Assembly (NCBI GenBank): GCA_028534125.1
Contig: CM052832.1
Coordinates: forward strand, 13,332,001 to 13,396,000
From: Lama glama
Taxonomy: Eukaryota
Length of the DNA stretch: 64,000 nt
Direction: 5' to 3'
The translations under genes were made by a program, and so were the position numbers. Below are positions 1-13,820 of this stretch, piece by piece. The first letter of the stretch is position 1. Every line of letters begins with the position of its first letter. Below the pieces are notes generated by a model. The model was not told the DNA's origin. It searched no databases and saw nothing but the letters and a program-made list of their open reading frames with translations.

Positions 1-1599
1 AGTTAATTGGTGTGAGTTGAGTGCTCCAAGACTCCCAGTTGAGGTTCTGGTGGTTGGGGGAAGGGGGTGAGCATTGCTCATTTGTGCCCCCAGCTGTCCT
101 GGGGCTTCTTTTTACAAAGGTCATTTATATGGTACGCTGATTCACTAACTCTTCAAAGATTCGCCAGGGACTTGCCCAGCTCCCTATCTGACAGGACTGT
201 CCCTATCAGTCCCTAGACCAGCTTCCAGCTTTGGGACTTTTTCAGGCCTCCCTCAGGAGGCCTCTGAGGCCAGCCTGTCACTTGGAGCTGAGGGAGGCTG
301 AGCTCTACACAAGCTGAGGATGGCCAGCCTCCAGCATGATCCAGGAAGAGTTAGCCATAGGGCTCCAAACTGGGGTGATGGTGGGTCCCAGCAGGTGGAC
401 TACATGCCTGGGAGGGCTGACCAAGGTCAGCTGGCCAGAGGTCAGGGGCAGGACTTGAGTTCTCATGCTCCCCATGTCCTACTCAGAGTCTTTGCACATA
501 CTGTTCTTCCTGCCTGGAACTCTGTTTTCTTCATATGATTAACTCCCATTCATCTTTTCTGCCCCAGCCCAACCTTAACTTCCTCCAGGAAGCAGCCTTC
601 TCTCATTTCCATGTTTATGACAAATCTTTGTGACTACAGTTTTCATAGCAAAGGGAACCTGTTTATTGACCTAACTTTTTTTTTTACTTGAAGTATAGCT
701 AATTTACAATGTTGTATTCGTTTTAGGTGTACAGCAAAGTGATTCTAAGTTTTAACAACTGCAGCCTTTTCCATTTGTACCTCCAGCTCTAGGGAAACCC
801 TGTGTTTTCCTGTGGCTGTGACCCACTGATACTTCGACATTCTCTCTGTCTTTGCAGTTCTTCAGTACTTAATTATTCTTTATGTAGATTCTGTCTGTTG
901 AAATGACCATTGTGGTTTCTGTCTTCTGACTGGACCCTGACTGATACACTCATCAGATCCTCAAACCTGAGGCCCAGAATGATACAGTTAGAAGCAGGAG
1001 CCAGAACCCCATACCCTTGCCCTGCCTGAACTCTAAGGGGAAACAGTGCCTTCAGTCCCTTTTTGGGAATCCTATGGACTAGAGAGGGATGTGCTCCTTG
1101 CAGGGATATCTAATTAGCCCTGGAAAAACTGGGCCAACAGTTAAACCACACAAACAAAAGAGCTGCAGCTCTACACAGAACTGCCTGCTTGGGCAAACGC
1201 CAAGACAAACAGTCGGGGCACTCTGCACTCTGGGCCCCAGCCACCAGGGCTGCAGGCTTCCTAGGCCCATGTGGAGGCATCTCAAGAAGGAGGGGCTAAG
1301 CCCCCGGAGTCTCTCCTTTCTGGACTCCAAGTCTTCGCTCATTCCCTCTAGGATTCTCTGAAACAGACTGCCCTCCTCTTCTACTCTAGAACTTTCTGGT
1401 AAACTGTGGAGCATTCCAGGGCTTACCTCCCTGTGCATGTCAAAGGCAGTGAAGTACACATAAGGAGCTTCTAAAAAAACTGATGCCTGAGCCCCATTGC
1501 AGAGATTCTGGTCTGGCCCAGCATTGGTATTTATTAAAGCTCCCAAGTGATTCCACTGTGTATTCAGGATTAAAATCCACTGAGTTAAAAGAATGTATT

Positions 1600-1782
1600 A
1601 GGACAGCAACTCTCAAATTTGAGAGTGCATCAGAATTACCTGGAGGGCATGTCAAACCAAAGACTGCCAAGCCTCACCCCAATTTTCTAATTCAGTAGTT
1701 CTGGGGCAGTTCCCAAGAATGTGCATGTCTTCTAAGTTCTTGGCTGATCCTCCTGGCCTGGGAACCACACTTTGAGAACCCC
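1600..1782. mobile_element. MER5A-like hAT element (similar copies near 1470-1590, 14990-15170, 56945-57100)
   Basis: tctcaaattt...catcagaattacctggagggc...gggaaccacactttgagaacc. Confidence 0.65.
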
Positions 1783-4700
1783 CAGCTATGGAGTTGGACA
1801 CCCCAGGTTCAGATCTCAACTCTGCCAGATGCAGTTGACTATCCATCTGAGAGGGTTTTGTGAGGACTGAAAGACATAATTTGAATAAAGAGACTCACAC
1901 AGGACCTGCATGTAATAATGTTCAATGAACACTGTTATCACTATAATTATGATAATTAGTAGGCAGGGCTACAGAATTCTTGAGTTATACCATGTGACAT
2001 TGAACCATCATTTTAATCAGAGCCTCAAACTCCCCCATCTGTAAAATGGGGATAATGATACCCTGACTCAGCCCACTTTACAGATTGAAGAAGGATCAAA
2101 GGAGTTCCCTGATGTGAAAGCATTTTGGATACTATAAAGGGCAGTAGGAGAGTTTTATTAGAAAGGAGTCAGGTAGGCACAGCCCCATCCTGGGGCCATA
2201 GGTAGGGTTCCCTTCTCACCAAAGATATCTGAAACAGCAGCTTCACATGCAGGTGAGAGAGGAATTCCGGTGAGTCCCTCTAGCTGCCTGCATGTTTTTC
2301 CTGTCACCCTCAGGCATATGGCACACCTGGGTGGGGAGTAGCTGGTAGGCTATTCAAACATCTAAGGGGAAGAGATAGGGGGCTGTAGGCTCAGCCACTC
2401 CCACCTCACCAGTATTTCTGCAAAGAAAAGGAATGTGGCAGAAGAGGGCAAAGTTGTGCAGAGATTCCCTCCCCAGGCCTCACAACACAGTGACCATCAG
2501 GTGCCCTTCCTCCTTGATCCTTCCTCTCCCTTTCCCATCTGCCTACCCACCCATCTCCACCCACCTGGCTCCAGGGAGGGGAGTCGGGCAAAAGCTTCAC
2601 TCCCAGGAAGACTCTTCTGCTCAGGGTAGGAACTTGTACACTTGGTTTCATCTCTTTAGTTCAACTCACAGATAGATATTGCATGTTTGCTAGTATAAGG
2701 CTGACAGGCTAGTTAATATTAATGCTTTCTGCGTTTAAAAAAAGACGTAATTTGGAGGAATGGGCTCACAGGGGCTTAGCTAGAAAGAGCTAGGAGCCCT
2801 TGACAGTGAGGATGTGATAAATGAGTCGTCTCCCACACTGCTGGTAGGATGGGGCAGTCGGCTAGACTTTACTCAGGGGCCACTTGGCAGAACAGGTCAA
2901 AAGCCTAAAAGTGTGCGTTATCTGATTTGGGGGTTCAGGTCTAGGATCGATCCCAGGAAGTATCACAAAATGATGAGCTTTTTTGAGTCTTGGCTCCAAT
3001 AGTGGGTGACCTTGAGCAAGTTATAGCCTCATCCCTAAAATGGGGCTTAATAATGGCATCTCACCAGTTAAGGCTGAGGAGGAAATGAGACAATACCTTG
3101 AATGTATTAAGTGCTCACCCACATTAGTATCTTGGTTAGGGGTCCTCCAGAGGCAGACCCCCAGATAAGGATTTGGGAAATGAGCCCAAGAAGCATGTGG
3201 AGCCGTGAGGCCATGAGACAAGAAGGAAGGCCATGCAGAGCACATTTATCAAGCTCTACACAGAATGAGCTGCCCACTTGGAAAAATCCCTAAGGTAGAG
3301 TCAAGAAGATGAATGGTACCTGGATGCCTCTATTCATTTAAGTCTTGCTTTTAAAATGCTCAGGACTGTCTGTCTCCTCAGTTCTTGTACATGAGAGAAG
3401 AATAAAGCTTTCTCTGGTTTAAGCCCCTTATTTTGCTTTTCTGTTACATACAGCTGAGTTTAATCCTTTTCTGAAGCTGAGGCCAGTAGCTATCCCATCA
3501 GAAAGTTGTCCATGGGATCCACTGTGGAGACCCAGTGACACAGGCAAATGCTGTGATGCCCAACATCACATCAGGGAAATGATCTCACCAAGAGAGCCTG
3601 CCTACTCACCTTACCCATCCTCTTGGAGCCTAATTATGCAGTGAAAAAGGTCCTCCTAGGTAGGGGTTCATCCTTTTACCCAAGTCCCTGGAGCGTCTGG
3701 TACCTCCTTCCTGCTCAGAGGTGCCATGGTACCTCCTCAAACATGTGCTCCATGCACCCAACCCCTCCTACACGCTTCTTCACAACTTACATGTTCACTG
3801 TGCCCTTCTCCTTGGTCTCTGCTCTGTTAGGTAACAGCTAGCACATCTGAAAAGTGAACTGGCGTTACTGGGTTAATGTGTCACCCTCCCAAGTAGGAAA
3901 TGTACGCTTTTGACAGGGGCCAGGAGGAGACAGGGCTATATGCCCAGAGCTGAATGACATGAAGATCACCAGAAAAACAAGAGGGCCACCCTGCTGCTGG
4001 TCTCACTTCCTCTTTTCCACTCCCGTTTCCTCCTTCATCCCATCCCCTCCCTTGGCACAGCTGACCATGGCCATAGCTCCTGCCTTAGCTAATGCTAGTT
4101 CCCCACCTTCCACCACCATTTGGCCTGAGCTGCCATACTGAAAGCGAAAGGAGGAGTTGGAACAGAAAGAAATATAAAACCACAGAAAGAGAAGAAACAG
4201 CTGGTAGATTATTGGAAAAATTCCTGGGTGGGAATCCCCAGCCTTCAAGGGCTATGCCTGGCTGAGGATGTTCTTTAAGGGCAATCTTGAAATGCGTTCT
4301 TAGAGTTGTTGCCAACTCACGGGAGTATGTGACCCTTGGACCCCAGCCTGCCCCAGAGTGGGTATCTGCACAAGGTTAGTTCTGTTTTGTGGGTCAGAGC
4401 AAAGCTAGAGAGGAAGGAGGAGAGGATGGCCAACAGGCACACAGAGGGGGCATGGTGCCTGAGGATCCAGGCTCTTCTGGGATTCCAGGGGGCAGGGCCT
4501 TTCCCTGAGGCAGAACCCAGCAGGGAGAAGGCTTGGCAAAGCTGTGCAACCAAGAGGGCCATGAGTGCAGGTGCAGGGAGGGGCACTCTAAGAGGCTGCA
4601 CTGGCAGCAGCCGGATGGTGGCAGCCAAAATAAAGTTGGCTGCTCTCACCTAAGTCAGAGTGAAATTTTACATCCGTTCAGGAAACATGACTGAGACCTG

Positions 4701-7700
4701 GAAGAGGCTGGAACAGGGATCTGGCTTGTGCTTCTGTAAATCTAGAGCAGGCATGGCAGTGGTTGGCAAGCAGGGAGGCAAAAGCAGTGGTACCACCGAA
4801 ACAAATGCATGGCTCCAGTCATGCACAGGCACCTGCAGACTGGCCTTCAAGAGGGGCTGGCATTGGGATTTCTGATGAAGAAATGTGAAGGGACCTGCAG
4901 GGTAGAGCTATGGGGAAGGGACAGGGGATGAGGGAGACTGGGAGTGGGTTTGTGACTCACCAGAACACTGGGTTTGAGGATTGGTTGATGGAATTTGGGG
5001 AGAAGGTTTGAGGCTGGACATTGTGCAAGTCATCATGTCTTCTAGCCAAGTCTGGAGACCCTTCAAGCCCCTTGTTTTGGGATAAGGGTTTGACCCACCA
5101 GAAAGACCCCCCCCACCCCCAGTGAACTGCAATTAATGATAATACAAAGAATAATCCACAGAAAACTGGTAGTCAGTCCTCTTTGATGGGGAGGGAACAA
5201 GTTCTGCCAAGTTCATTTATTCCAGACAAGGTATGCCCTGAGGAATGTTCTAAGCCCTAACTACTGATCCTTCTTTGTCTTCACGCCTCTGCCCCTCCTC
5301 AGTGAGGACAAGGGAATGCAATTGCCCCCTGAACCCCCAAGTCCCTCCAGTCACATGCCCATGGGCTAATCTTCCAAAAGCACTGGATCACCACTCCCTC
5401 TGCCCAGCATTTACCACTGTCCAGACCAGTCAATTACCTGACAACCTGACCTCTCGCCCTTTCTCACTGAGGATAGTGGAGTAGTGGAGTGTCGCAGTCA
5501 GAGCATGGGTTCCGGGTTTGAATTCTGCCTCAGTGCCAGTGCTTCCTCATCTGTAGACTAGAGATAACCATACCTACTTTATGTGGGTGTTCTGAGGATT
5601 AAATGAGTAAATAAATACAAAGTACTTAAAACAGTGCCAGGTATCTACTACTGCTACTACTGCTGCTGCTGCTGCTGCAACAACAATAATAATAAATGTG
5701 AGCTATTATTATGTTGCTGTTCAGTACAGTGTCCACAGAAGAAGGATTTCTTTGTTGTTGTTCAACTTCATCTGGGTGACTTAGTGTCTAGCACATAGTA
5801 GACACTGAATGGATGTGTATTAAATTTATTTATTAGTTTGAACTCTCTGTTCTAACTGAACTCTTCCCTGTAACATACTTTATACATTCCTACCTCCATG
5901 CCTTTGCTCATGTCATTCCCACCTCTTGAAGAGCCTTAACCCCATCCAGTGTAATCACTCCTACTACTTCTTATTTCCAGCTTCGGCCTCCCCTCCCCTT
6001 AGAGGCCCTCCCTGGGCTCGGAACCTGCATAAAATAAGCACTCAGTAAAGGCTCAGTGGTTTATGGCTGGTTTGGGTTTTTTTGTTTGTTTGTTTGTTTT
6101 TTAATGCTTTGGCTCCGAAACAGTTTCCTCACTGACTTGGCACTGAATGTTCACCGCATCCTGAGATGGCTCTAAGAAGCAGAGCCCCCAGCTACTATAT
6201 ATGTCCTTTATCTTGTGGTTCTGACATTCAGAGAGGGCTTCCCAGGTAAAAGCCACCTGAATAACTAGACATAACTAGACATGTGGTCTCCAAACCACAG
6301 TTTCTGGGCTTCCTAATTGGTGAGTTGAAAGACATGGCATCTGTTTGCCCAAGAAATACGAGCCAGGCAGCTCTACATCAACGGGCTGCTTTCTGCCCTG
6401 GACAAGGCAACAGCTGCCTGTAACTTGGCTATTTATGCACTAAAAAAAGAAATTCCATGGTGACCAGTTGACTCAAGCCAGATCCAAATGTGAAGCGGTA
6501 GTTTCAAAGTAATCCCTGATGACACCAAATGCTCTCCACCCAGTCCTTAATAAAACGAAAAGAGAAAACAAGGGCAAAACTTTAGCAGTTTTTGTGAGTC
6601 AATATTCTTAACTGCCTGGAGTGAGTGGTGTCAGAGCTAGAGTTGGATCTAGAAGGTCACAGGCCTAACAGCCCCCTCCAGGCAGGCTTGTCCCCTATAA
6701 ACTCCCCCTTCCCCAGAGATGAGGTACTCACCACTTCCTGAGAAGGCCCACTGCACCATCAACAAGGTCCCCTCTAGAAGACTGGGGACCGGGGAAGGAC
6801 AGGAGATTGAACTTAGCAGTGGCAGGTGTGGACCAGGCTGTCCCTGGGCCTCCTTGAATAGCATGATTTCATGTTTTTGCCGTAACCAACAGACTTATCA
6901 CACATTAGGCCTTCTTCTAAGTGCATTACATACATAGCTCTCTCTCTTAATCCTCACATACTGCTGGGAAAGCAGGCCCAATTATTTCTGCCATTTTACA
7001 GGTGGAGAAACTGAAGCCCAGGAAGATTACCTGTCCCACTTGCACCACTTGCAAATGGCCAGGCTGGTTGGAACGTGGGCCCAGAGTTCATTTTCTGAGT
7101 TTAGAACTAAGTGGAATTTAGTGTGGGCCTTTCCTTTCCCATGAGAGTGCCACTTCCTCTCCAGTACCACAGCCATGCTTGGCACCTCCCAGTCACTACT
7201 ATCTGTATTTGCGCTCTGCCCCTATTGACCCAGGAGAAGTGCTCTCTGATAAAGAGGACATTGCCCAGCTTTATAGTTTCCTCTTAGCCTCCCTGGCGAC
7301 ACCTGAGCCTGCTGCTTCCCCCTTCCCCAATCCTCACACTCATAGTCACACTCTCACACTAATGTACATACAGGCACACTTCACACTAGTGACACACTGG
7401 ACATACACAATCACACGTTCACATATAGATACACATAAGCACTCATATATTCACATACACGTAGAGTTACCCACCTCTGTGGTGGATTATTGATTGAGGA
7501 CCCCTTTCTAGAAAATCATGCCTGCCTCTCCTTAATGCCCTTCCCCCAGCCGCTGGAGTTACAGGGTTCTGCCTTATATCATGTTTAATAAATGAGCCAT
7601 TCTGGCTCTCTAAGGACCATGGTCCCCCCTTTCCTGTGCCCCCAAGCAAACCTGAATGTCCTCTGCATGGAGTTGAGAACCAGCTTTCTTCCCCATGCTG

Positions 7701-9019
7701 CCACCTTGTGATTTGAGCTCATAACTGCAGGCTCTCTGCCCAGGGGATACCCACTTCCCAGGGTAGCCAGGTGGGCAGTTATGGGAGGTCTACATCCAAC
7801 TGTTACCTGTCTACAGATAGGCAAACTGACTAAATGAGGATGCCCTTTTCCTTCACCTGATCCTGACAGGCACAGTCCATTGGCTGAGAGATGGGTGGAT
7901 GTGCCACTTGGACCAGCTTGTGGCAGGACTCTTATGAGGACCAAGCCAACAGTCATACAATTATGGGATTACTGGCCTACATGTGTGTCTTCTTGACATC
8001 CTTTGAGTCATCCTAATAGTGGATTCAGTTAAACCTAAATGAGGAAGATGCAGCAGCAGGTGACTGTGTGACCTCTGATATTAACCTTTGCTCCTTCCTT
8101 AGGGCCTTGGAGGGTCTGCCTGTGACCTCTAGACTGGCGCTTGAGCTCACATTGATGTGACTGGCTCTGTCCTTGATCTCGCTTACCCTGCTCAGGGACA
8201 CTTCCAGGCCTCTGCCTTTGGTGAGGCAGTCCAGGATGTGTGCCCCCCTTTCCTCCTTGAGTCCACAGCCAATGTGTTTCAGGCAGGGTGATTTCATCCT
8301 GTCTTTTATTTTTACTCAGTTTTATTTTTGGCTCTCTGGTGCAGTGAAATGAGTCAGTCCTACTCCCCAGATGATGGCTCACAGTCACCACTGGTCCTGG
8401 CTAGTCCTCTCTTGTTTTATGTATTTCCCTTTACCCTGTGGGTCACTCCCACCCCCCTGCCCCATAGGCAGCCATTCTAATTTATCCTTCATTTGTATGT
8501 GTTCCAAAATGCAGGGGTTTTGTAGGCATGAGTTGCCATACAGCATTGCCTAGTGCCTTATTCTTCCTTTACCATTTTCCTAACAGTGCTTCCTAACAGT
8601 GTTATTTAATGTGTTTGGGGAAAGGGTTAATAGATACACTGTGTCGGAGAGTAGAAGTGCCTTAAGTGTTCAGAGACTCTGCATTAGTGATTATTGAAAT
8701 GACTGCACTTTTTCCACTGAGTTGTGTTTCCTAGAATATAAGCTCAGAATTGTGGACCATGGGCACCCCAACTGGGCAAGGCTGCCCAGAGGCCTGGGTC
8801 CTCACAGTTCTGCTATAGATTTACCAAGACCTCCCGCAGGTCTTTCACCCTCTGACCCCTGGAGTCCTCATCCATTTAACAGCCTGTTAAACTAATGCGC
8901 CTCTAAGGGCCCATCTACTTTGAATAGTCTTTGACACTCAGAATGCTGTTGTCTGGAATTCACCAGCCCTAGAATTCATTTATTCATTTAATGGGTTCTT
9001 ACTGAATACCTACTCTGAA

Positions 9020-9390
9020 ACCACACTGTCTAGGTTTCAACCTCAGCTTCCTCACTTGCTGCTAATGTCATATTGGGCAAGTTACTTAACTTTCCTGTGC
9101 CTGTTTCCCAACACGGAGACAGTAATAGCACCTACTCTCTGAGGGTTGCTGTGAAGATTAAATCAGTTAATACAGGTGAACAGTGCCAGGCACCTATCAA
9201 GTGTTCACTAAAGATTATTGATTTTTTTTCCATTTAAACCCTATAATAGCCCTATGATGTAGTATAATTAGTTCCATTTTACAGATGACAAGACCAAAGC
9301 CCAAGAAACCAAGTAATATACCTAGGCTTGTATAACAGTATTGCCAGGAGCCAAAACTAGGTCTCCAGATTCTGAATGCTATACTCTTCC
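9020..9390. mobile_element. Two adjacent MIR SINEs in opposite orientation (other MIRs near 2000, 3010, 5550, 6950, 9770, 11120, 13390, 15700, 40680, 47150, 53350)
   Basis: ttgggcaagttacttaactttcctgtgcct core; ccattttacagatgac core. Confidence 0.7.
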
Positions 9391-10505
9391 CACCGAGGAC
9401 AGCCATAGGACCTCTGTTCCCAGTGTGCAATCTAGAGATGTTGTGCAAAATCTTGATGCTAATCTGAGTGACAGAAAGTGACTGGTTACTATTGCAGAGA
9501 CAACTCCTGGCCCTGGCACTCTTCATTCCTCCTTGGCATCCTTCTCCCATACCGTGACCTTTATACCCACTGGCCCTCTCTAAGAAAGAACCCAGTTCTT
9601 CCAGGGGTTTCCTGGGTATTTATGCAGCCTGTGAATCAATATGAATCCCAATGCCAGGCCTGTTAATAGCATATACACACAGCTAAAATGTGCTAGAAGA
9701 GCTTGGGCCTGAGTCAGGCCTTGGGTCCCAGTCCTGGCTGCAGCATTTCCTTACTCTGGGGTAAGATATTTTCTTTCTCTAAGCCTCAGTTTCCGCATCT
9801 GTTCAATGGGGATAATAACTGTTAACAGAGTTGTGTGAGAATCAAGTTTTAAGAGACTATTCCAATTTTAATCAAATTGTCTGGCCTCTGTAGGAAAAAA
9901 ACCTGTTATATAGCCTGATGCTGCCTTGGATGAATTGTCACCCACTGTGTGCATTTAACATTTTTCCTTTCCCCTCCAGGAAGACAACTGTCTGGACCTG
10001 CCATCCTTAAAAAAACAAAACAAAAAAACCTTATTCTTTTTTTGAACTTGCCAAACCCTAGAATGTCAGTGCTGGAAAGGACCCTGCAGGCCATCTGGTC
10101 CCACTGTAGCAAACTTGTCTCCAATCAAGGGCTGCCTCTGCCTGAAGCAGTGGATGAGGCTGAGTCAGAGCTCAGCTGGCAGGACACTGGTCCACATGCT
10201 CTGGATACAGCAAGAAGGCATAGGCCACCATGTGAGGTACATGCCACTTCCAGCCCACTGTCCCCTCTCCTACAGATGGGCAAAGCAGGTAAGTGAACAT
10301 CTCATGTCTTCCTTCACCTCAAGGCTACTAGATCTGATTGCGGTGTTGGCACAGGAGATAGGTTTGTGTGCCACCTGGCCCACCATAGGGCAGGGCCTGT
10401 ATCACACATGATTACTTACAGTCATCACACAATTAGCGTTCGTGCCTCTATCTTTTTGGAATTCTTTAAAATTATACTAATAGATTTTAGGAAACAATTT
10501 GCCCT

Positions 10506-10585
10506 CAATCCACTTGACTTCCACCTCAAAACATAATTTTAACCACAATCCACTTGACTTCCACCTCAAAACATAATTTTAACCA
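10506..10585. repeat. Perfect 40-bp tandem duplication
   Basis: caatccacttgacttccacctcaaaacataattttaacca x2. Confidence 0.97.
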
Positions 10586-13500
10586 TTGAAACAAACGGTG
10601 CACATTTGTTAGTTTAGGCATTAAAACAGTGCATGTTTGTTTCTCTTAGAAAACAATGGAAATATTTGCTGGGAACCCCAAGACAGCCAGCTAGCAAACA
10701 GGAAAGACCAGAAGAAAGCAGAGTAAAAAGCACCCTTTAAAGTGAAGGAAAAGCCCAGAAGGGAAGAACTTATGTGCTTTCAGACCTAAGGGCAGTGTCA
10801 ACACAGTATCCCTTGGGAAAGCAAAACTGACTTGCCTGAAAACCCTACATAAGTGGGTTGTTTATTCACAACCTGCCCACTCCCAGGACTCTAGGAATGG
10901 GCAGGCTACAAAATAGGAGTTTATCTTCAGCGGGGAATGGTTATGTGCCACTAGTCATCATGAGGCTCCCTGTGCAAGTGAGGGGTTCAGGGGCAGGTGC
11001 CTGAGGACACTTCAGTGCAGGACATCTCTGAGGCCCCTCCTTATCCTGACATGAGAGCTGGGCCTGGACTCACAGGCTGTGGGTTTCAAAGCCGGCTTAA
11101 CCTTCCTACTATCTGCATGACCTTGGAAAATGTACTCCCTCTTTCTGGAATTCAGTTTCCTCATTTACAAAGTGGGGCTATGATAGCACCTCTCTAACAC
11201 CCCCTAAACACAAATGAAGACACTTCCCACTCCAAGCACACAGAATATAGAAAAAAAACTTATGAAAACCAGAAGCTACTGAGTCTCTTTCTTCCTTTTT
11301 TGTTTATGTGTTCTCTAATTTTTCTACTGTGGATTACCTTTGAATTAAAAATGAGTAATTAAAGGGGATGGAGTAGAACTGATATGAAAAACGCTGAGAT
11401 TGGCAACTTTTGGGGCACCCTCTGTGGCAGGCAGTTATTGAAGCTTTACACACATTACCTCAGGTTTTGTCCCAATAAGCCTGGAAGGGAAGCAGTGTGG
11501 CTCCCACTTCTTGGCTGTGGAGACTGAGTTCTCAAAGAGGTCAAAGGCCTCACTATCATGAGAGGCCACGGTGATGTCCCAGGAGCGGGTATACAGATAC
11601 ACAGCAATATGATCAAGGGACAGCCCTCCAACTCTGGAGAAAGTGGAAACTTCCCCTTGTCTTGCAGTGTGACCACAGAACCTCAGAGCAAAGCCTTTCC
11701 CAGCAGAGCGATACTGTAGGAACCTGCTTCTGTGGGACCTACTCTGGGTCAAGGTCAGGTTAATTTATTATTAAATAACAGCCTGTGTCCAACCAAAGGT
11801 TTCAGCATATGAACTTATTTTTAAATCATTTGTATATAAAAACATTGCTTGCTCATGGTATTCTTCTCTTCAGTAACAACAGAATGCATTCTCTAAACAA
11901 AAATGCTAATTATACTGTGATAAGAAATATCTCCTAATAATGATTTACTATGCTTTTATGAAAAAGAAAAAAAGGACAGGATAAATTTCTAAATGCCCTG
12001 CCGTTGGTAAGTAGATTGCTTCTTTCAAAAGGCTGATAAATGGTATTTTTGAAATCCTGGGAGTAGGTAGCCCACCTGTTCGCCCATGCTCCAGAACCAC
12101 CATCTGTCACCATGTCTGTGCCCTGGTAATACAGCACTCCACCCCTCAACACTGCCCCACCCTGATACTGAAACCGAGGCCAATGGGACAATCAGTGCTC
12201 TGAGCCGCCCAGAGGAATAGGGCAGGCAAGTCCCTCTGCAGCCTGGAAAACCTTTCATAAAAGCACCAGCATCATCCTCAAATGCACAAGTGTCTGCCTG
12301 TTGCTCAAGAACTCCACAATCTGGCCACAGCGAGGGAAGTGATGAAAATGAGCAGAGGATCAGGAGACAGCCCTTGGGGCTGGCACTGACACAAACCACT
12401 GGGTGAATCAGACCTGCACTGAGTCCTGGAGCCACGTACTGTTTGCCCTCTGAGTCTTTATCTGCCAGGGAGATGGGCAAGCAGCCAGGGCCCTCTCAGG
12501 TGAGGGGTTGAACAGCCAGGCTGTGGCACCCTGCCACATCAGATGTCATGACTGGTCTCTGAGGAACACTGAGCTGGGACTCAGTAGGCCAAGTGTCTGG
12601 AAGATGGCCCTACCTGGGCTTCATGAGTCTGAATAATTCACTCCCCTGTCCCTTCACCTCAGGCTCTGTGCAGTAAGCGTATGGGTGGCATAAGGAATTC
12701 TCACATGGTGCTACAGGAGTCTCACAGACATTTGATTGTATTTTAAAAATACACATGTATGTCTAATGATTTTTTAAAGTATTTTTTAAACCATAAAATC
12801 TATTTGACCATATGCATATTAACATGCTGAAGTGAATCTTTACTTTCTAGTTGTTTTGGAGTAGTCTTTCCTAGCCTATCACTTCTGGGATTGTAAAATA
12901 AGGTGTTAAAATTTTTTAACATTTGCATTCACTTCTCTGTATAACCAAAACACAGGAAAAAGTGGGTTCTGAGGTCAGTCTAAGACTGCATTCATCAAAA
13001 CATTATTTTCTGTCTTTATAAGCCAGTATTATCTACTAGAACTTATACTTTTTATAGCAATAATTTAAATTTTATGTACTTTATACTTATCATATAAGAT
13101 TTCATTCCAAAAAAAGGTTTGGCTAGTTTTCAAGTTTGAAAATTGCCAATCCCCATCTCTTCTAGCTCTGACTTTCTACTGATCTCCAGTTCTAAACCCT
13201 GAACAAATTCATAGGGTCTTAAACTTGTCAGTCCACATAAAACCTTGAAGTTTCCTGTCTTTACTTTTAGGCATATGGCTTTTTTCTTTATATATCCAGG
13301 TTTCTATTCAGTCTTCAAAACTTAGCTCAAGTACAACCTCTTCTACACAAAACACTTAACATGAGTCTTAGACCTAAGCCTTGGTTTCTTCATCTGCAAA
13401 ATGAGAAACTGCCCTCAAGTGGTGAAGGTTCAAGTGAGCTGGTGGTATGTGTATGTAAAAACATTTAGCAAAATACTGGCACATTAGTTCAAAGAATGCT

Positions 13501-13599
13501 AATTACTACCACTATTGTCTTTATTGTTATTATCGTGGTGAAAAAGACTTGAGTCAGTGGAGACTCAATTCTACTGAACAGGTGTGTGACCTCAGGCAC

Positions 13600-13820
13600 A
13601 GTATTCTCAACGGGGCAGTACTGCCTCCTAGTGGGTGCCTGAGAAAAAAATTTTTCTTTTCTTTTTTTAAATGGTGGTCTCACTGGCCAAGGAGCACATT
13701 AACCAACTTCAGGGGAAGGGGATGGAGATACTCAATATCTGGCACACAGAGAACTGCCCATGCCCACGGGAATGAACCAACTACAGGTGAAAATAAGTGC
13801 CTGGATAAAGCCATTCATTA
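13600..13820. mobile_element. MER20-like hAT element
   Basis: cagtattctcaacggggcagtactgcctcc terminus; ends approximate. Confidence 0.45.

Noticed and set aside
1079..1546. 155-aa ORF and other 100-150 aa ORFs in 1-13 kb
   Set aside because: No recognisable homology or splice structure; several overlap repeats or use non-ATG starts
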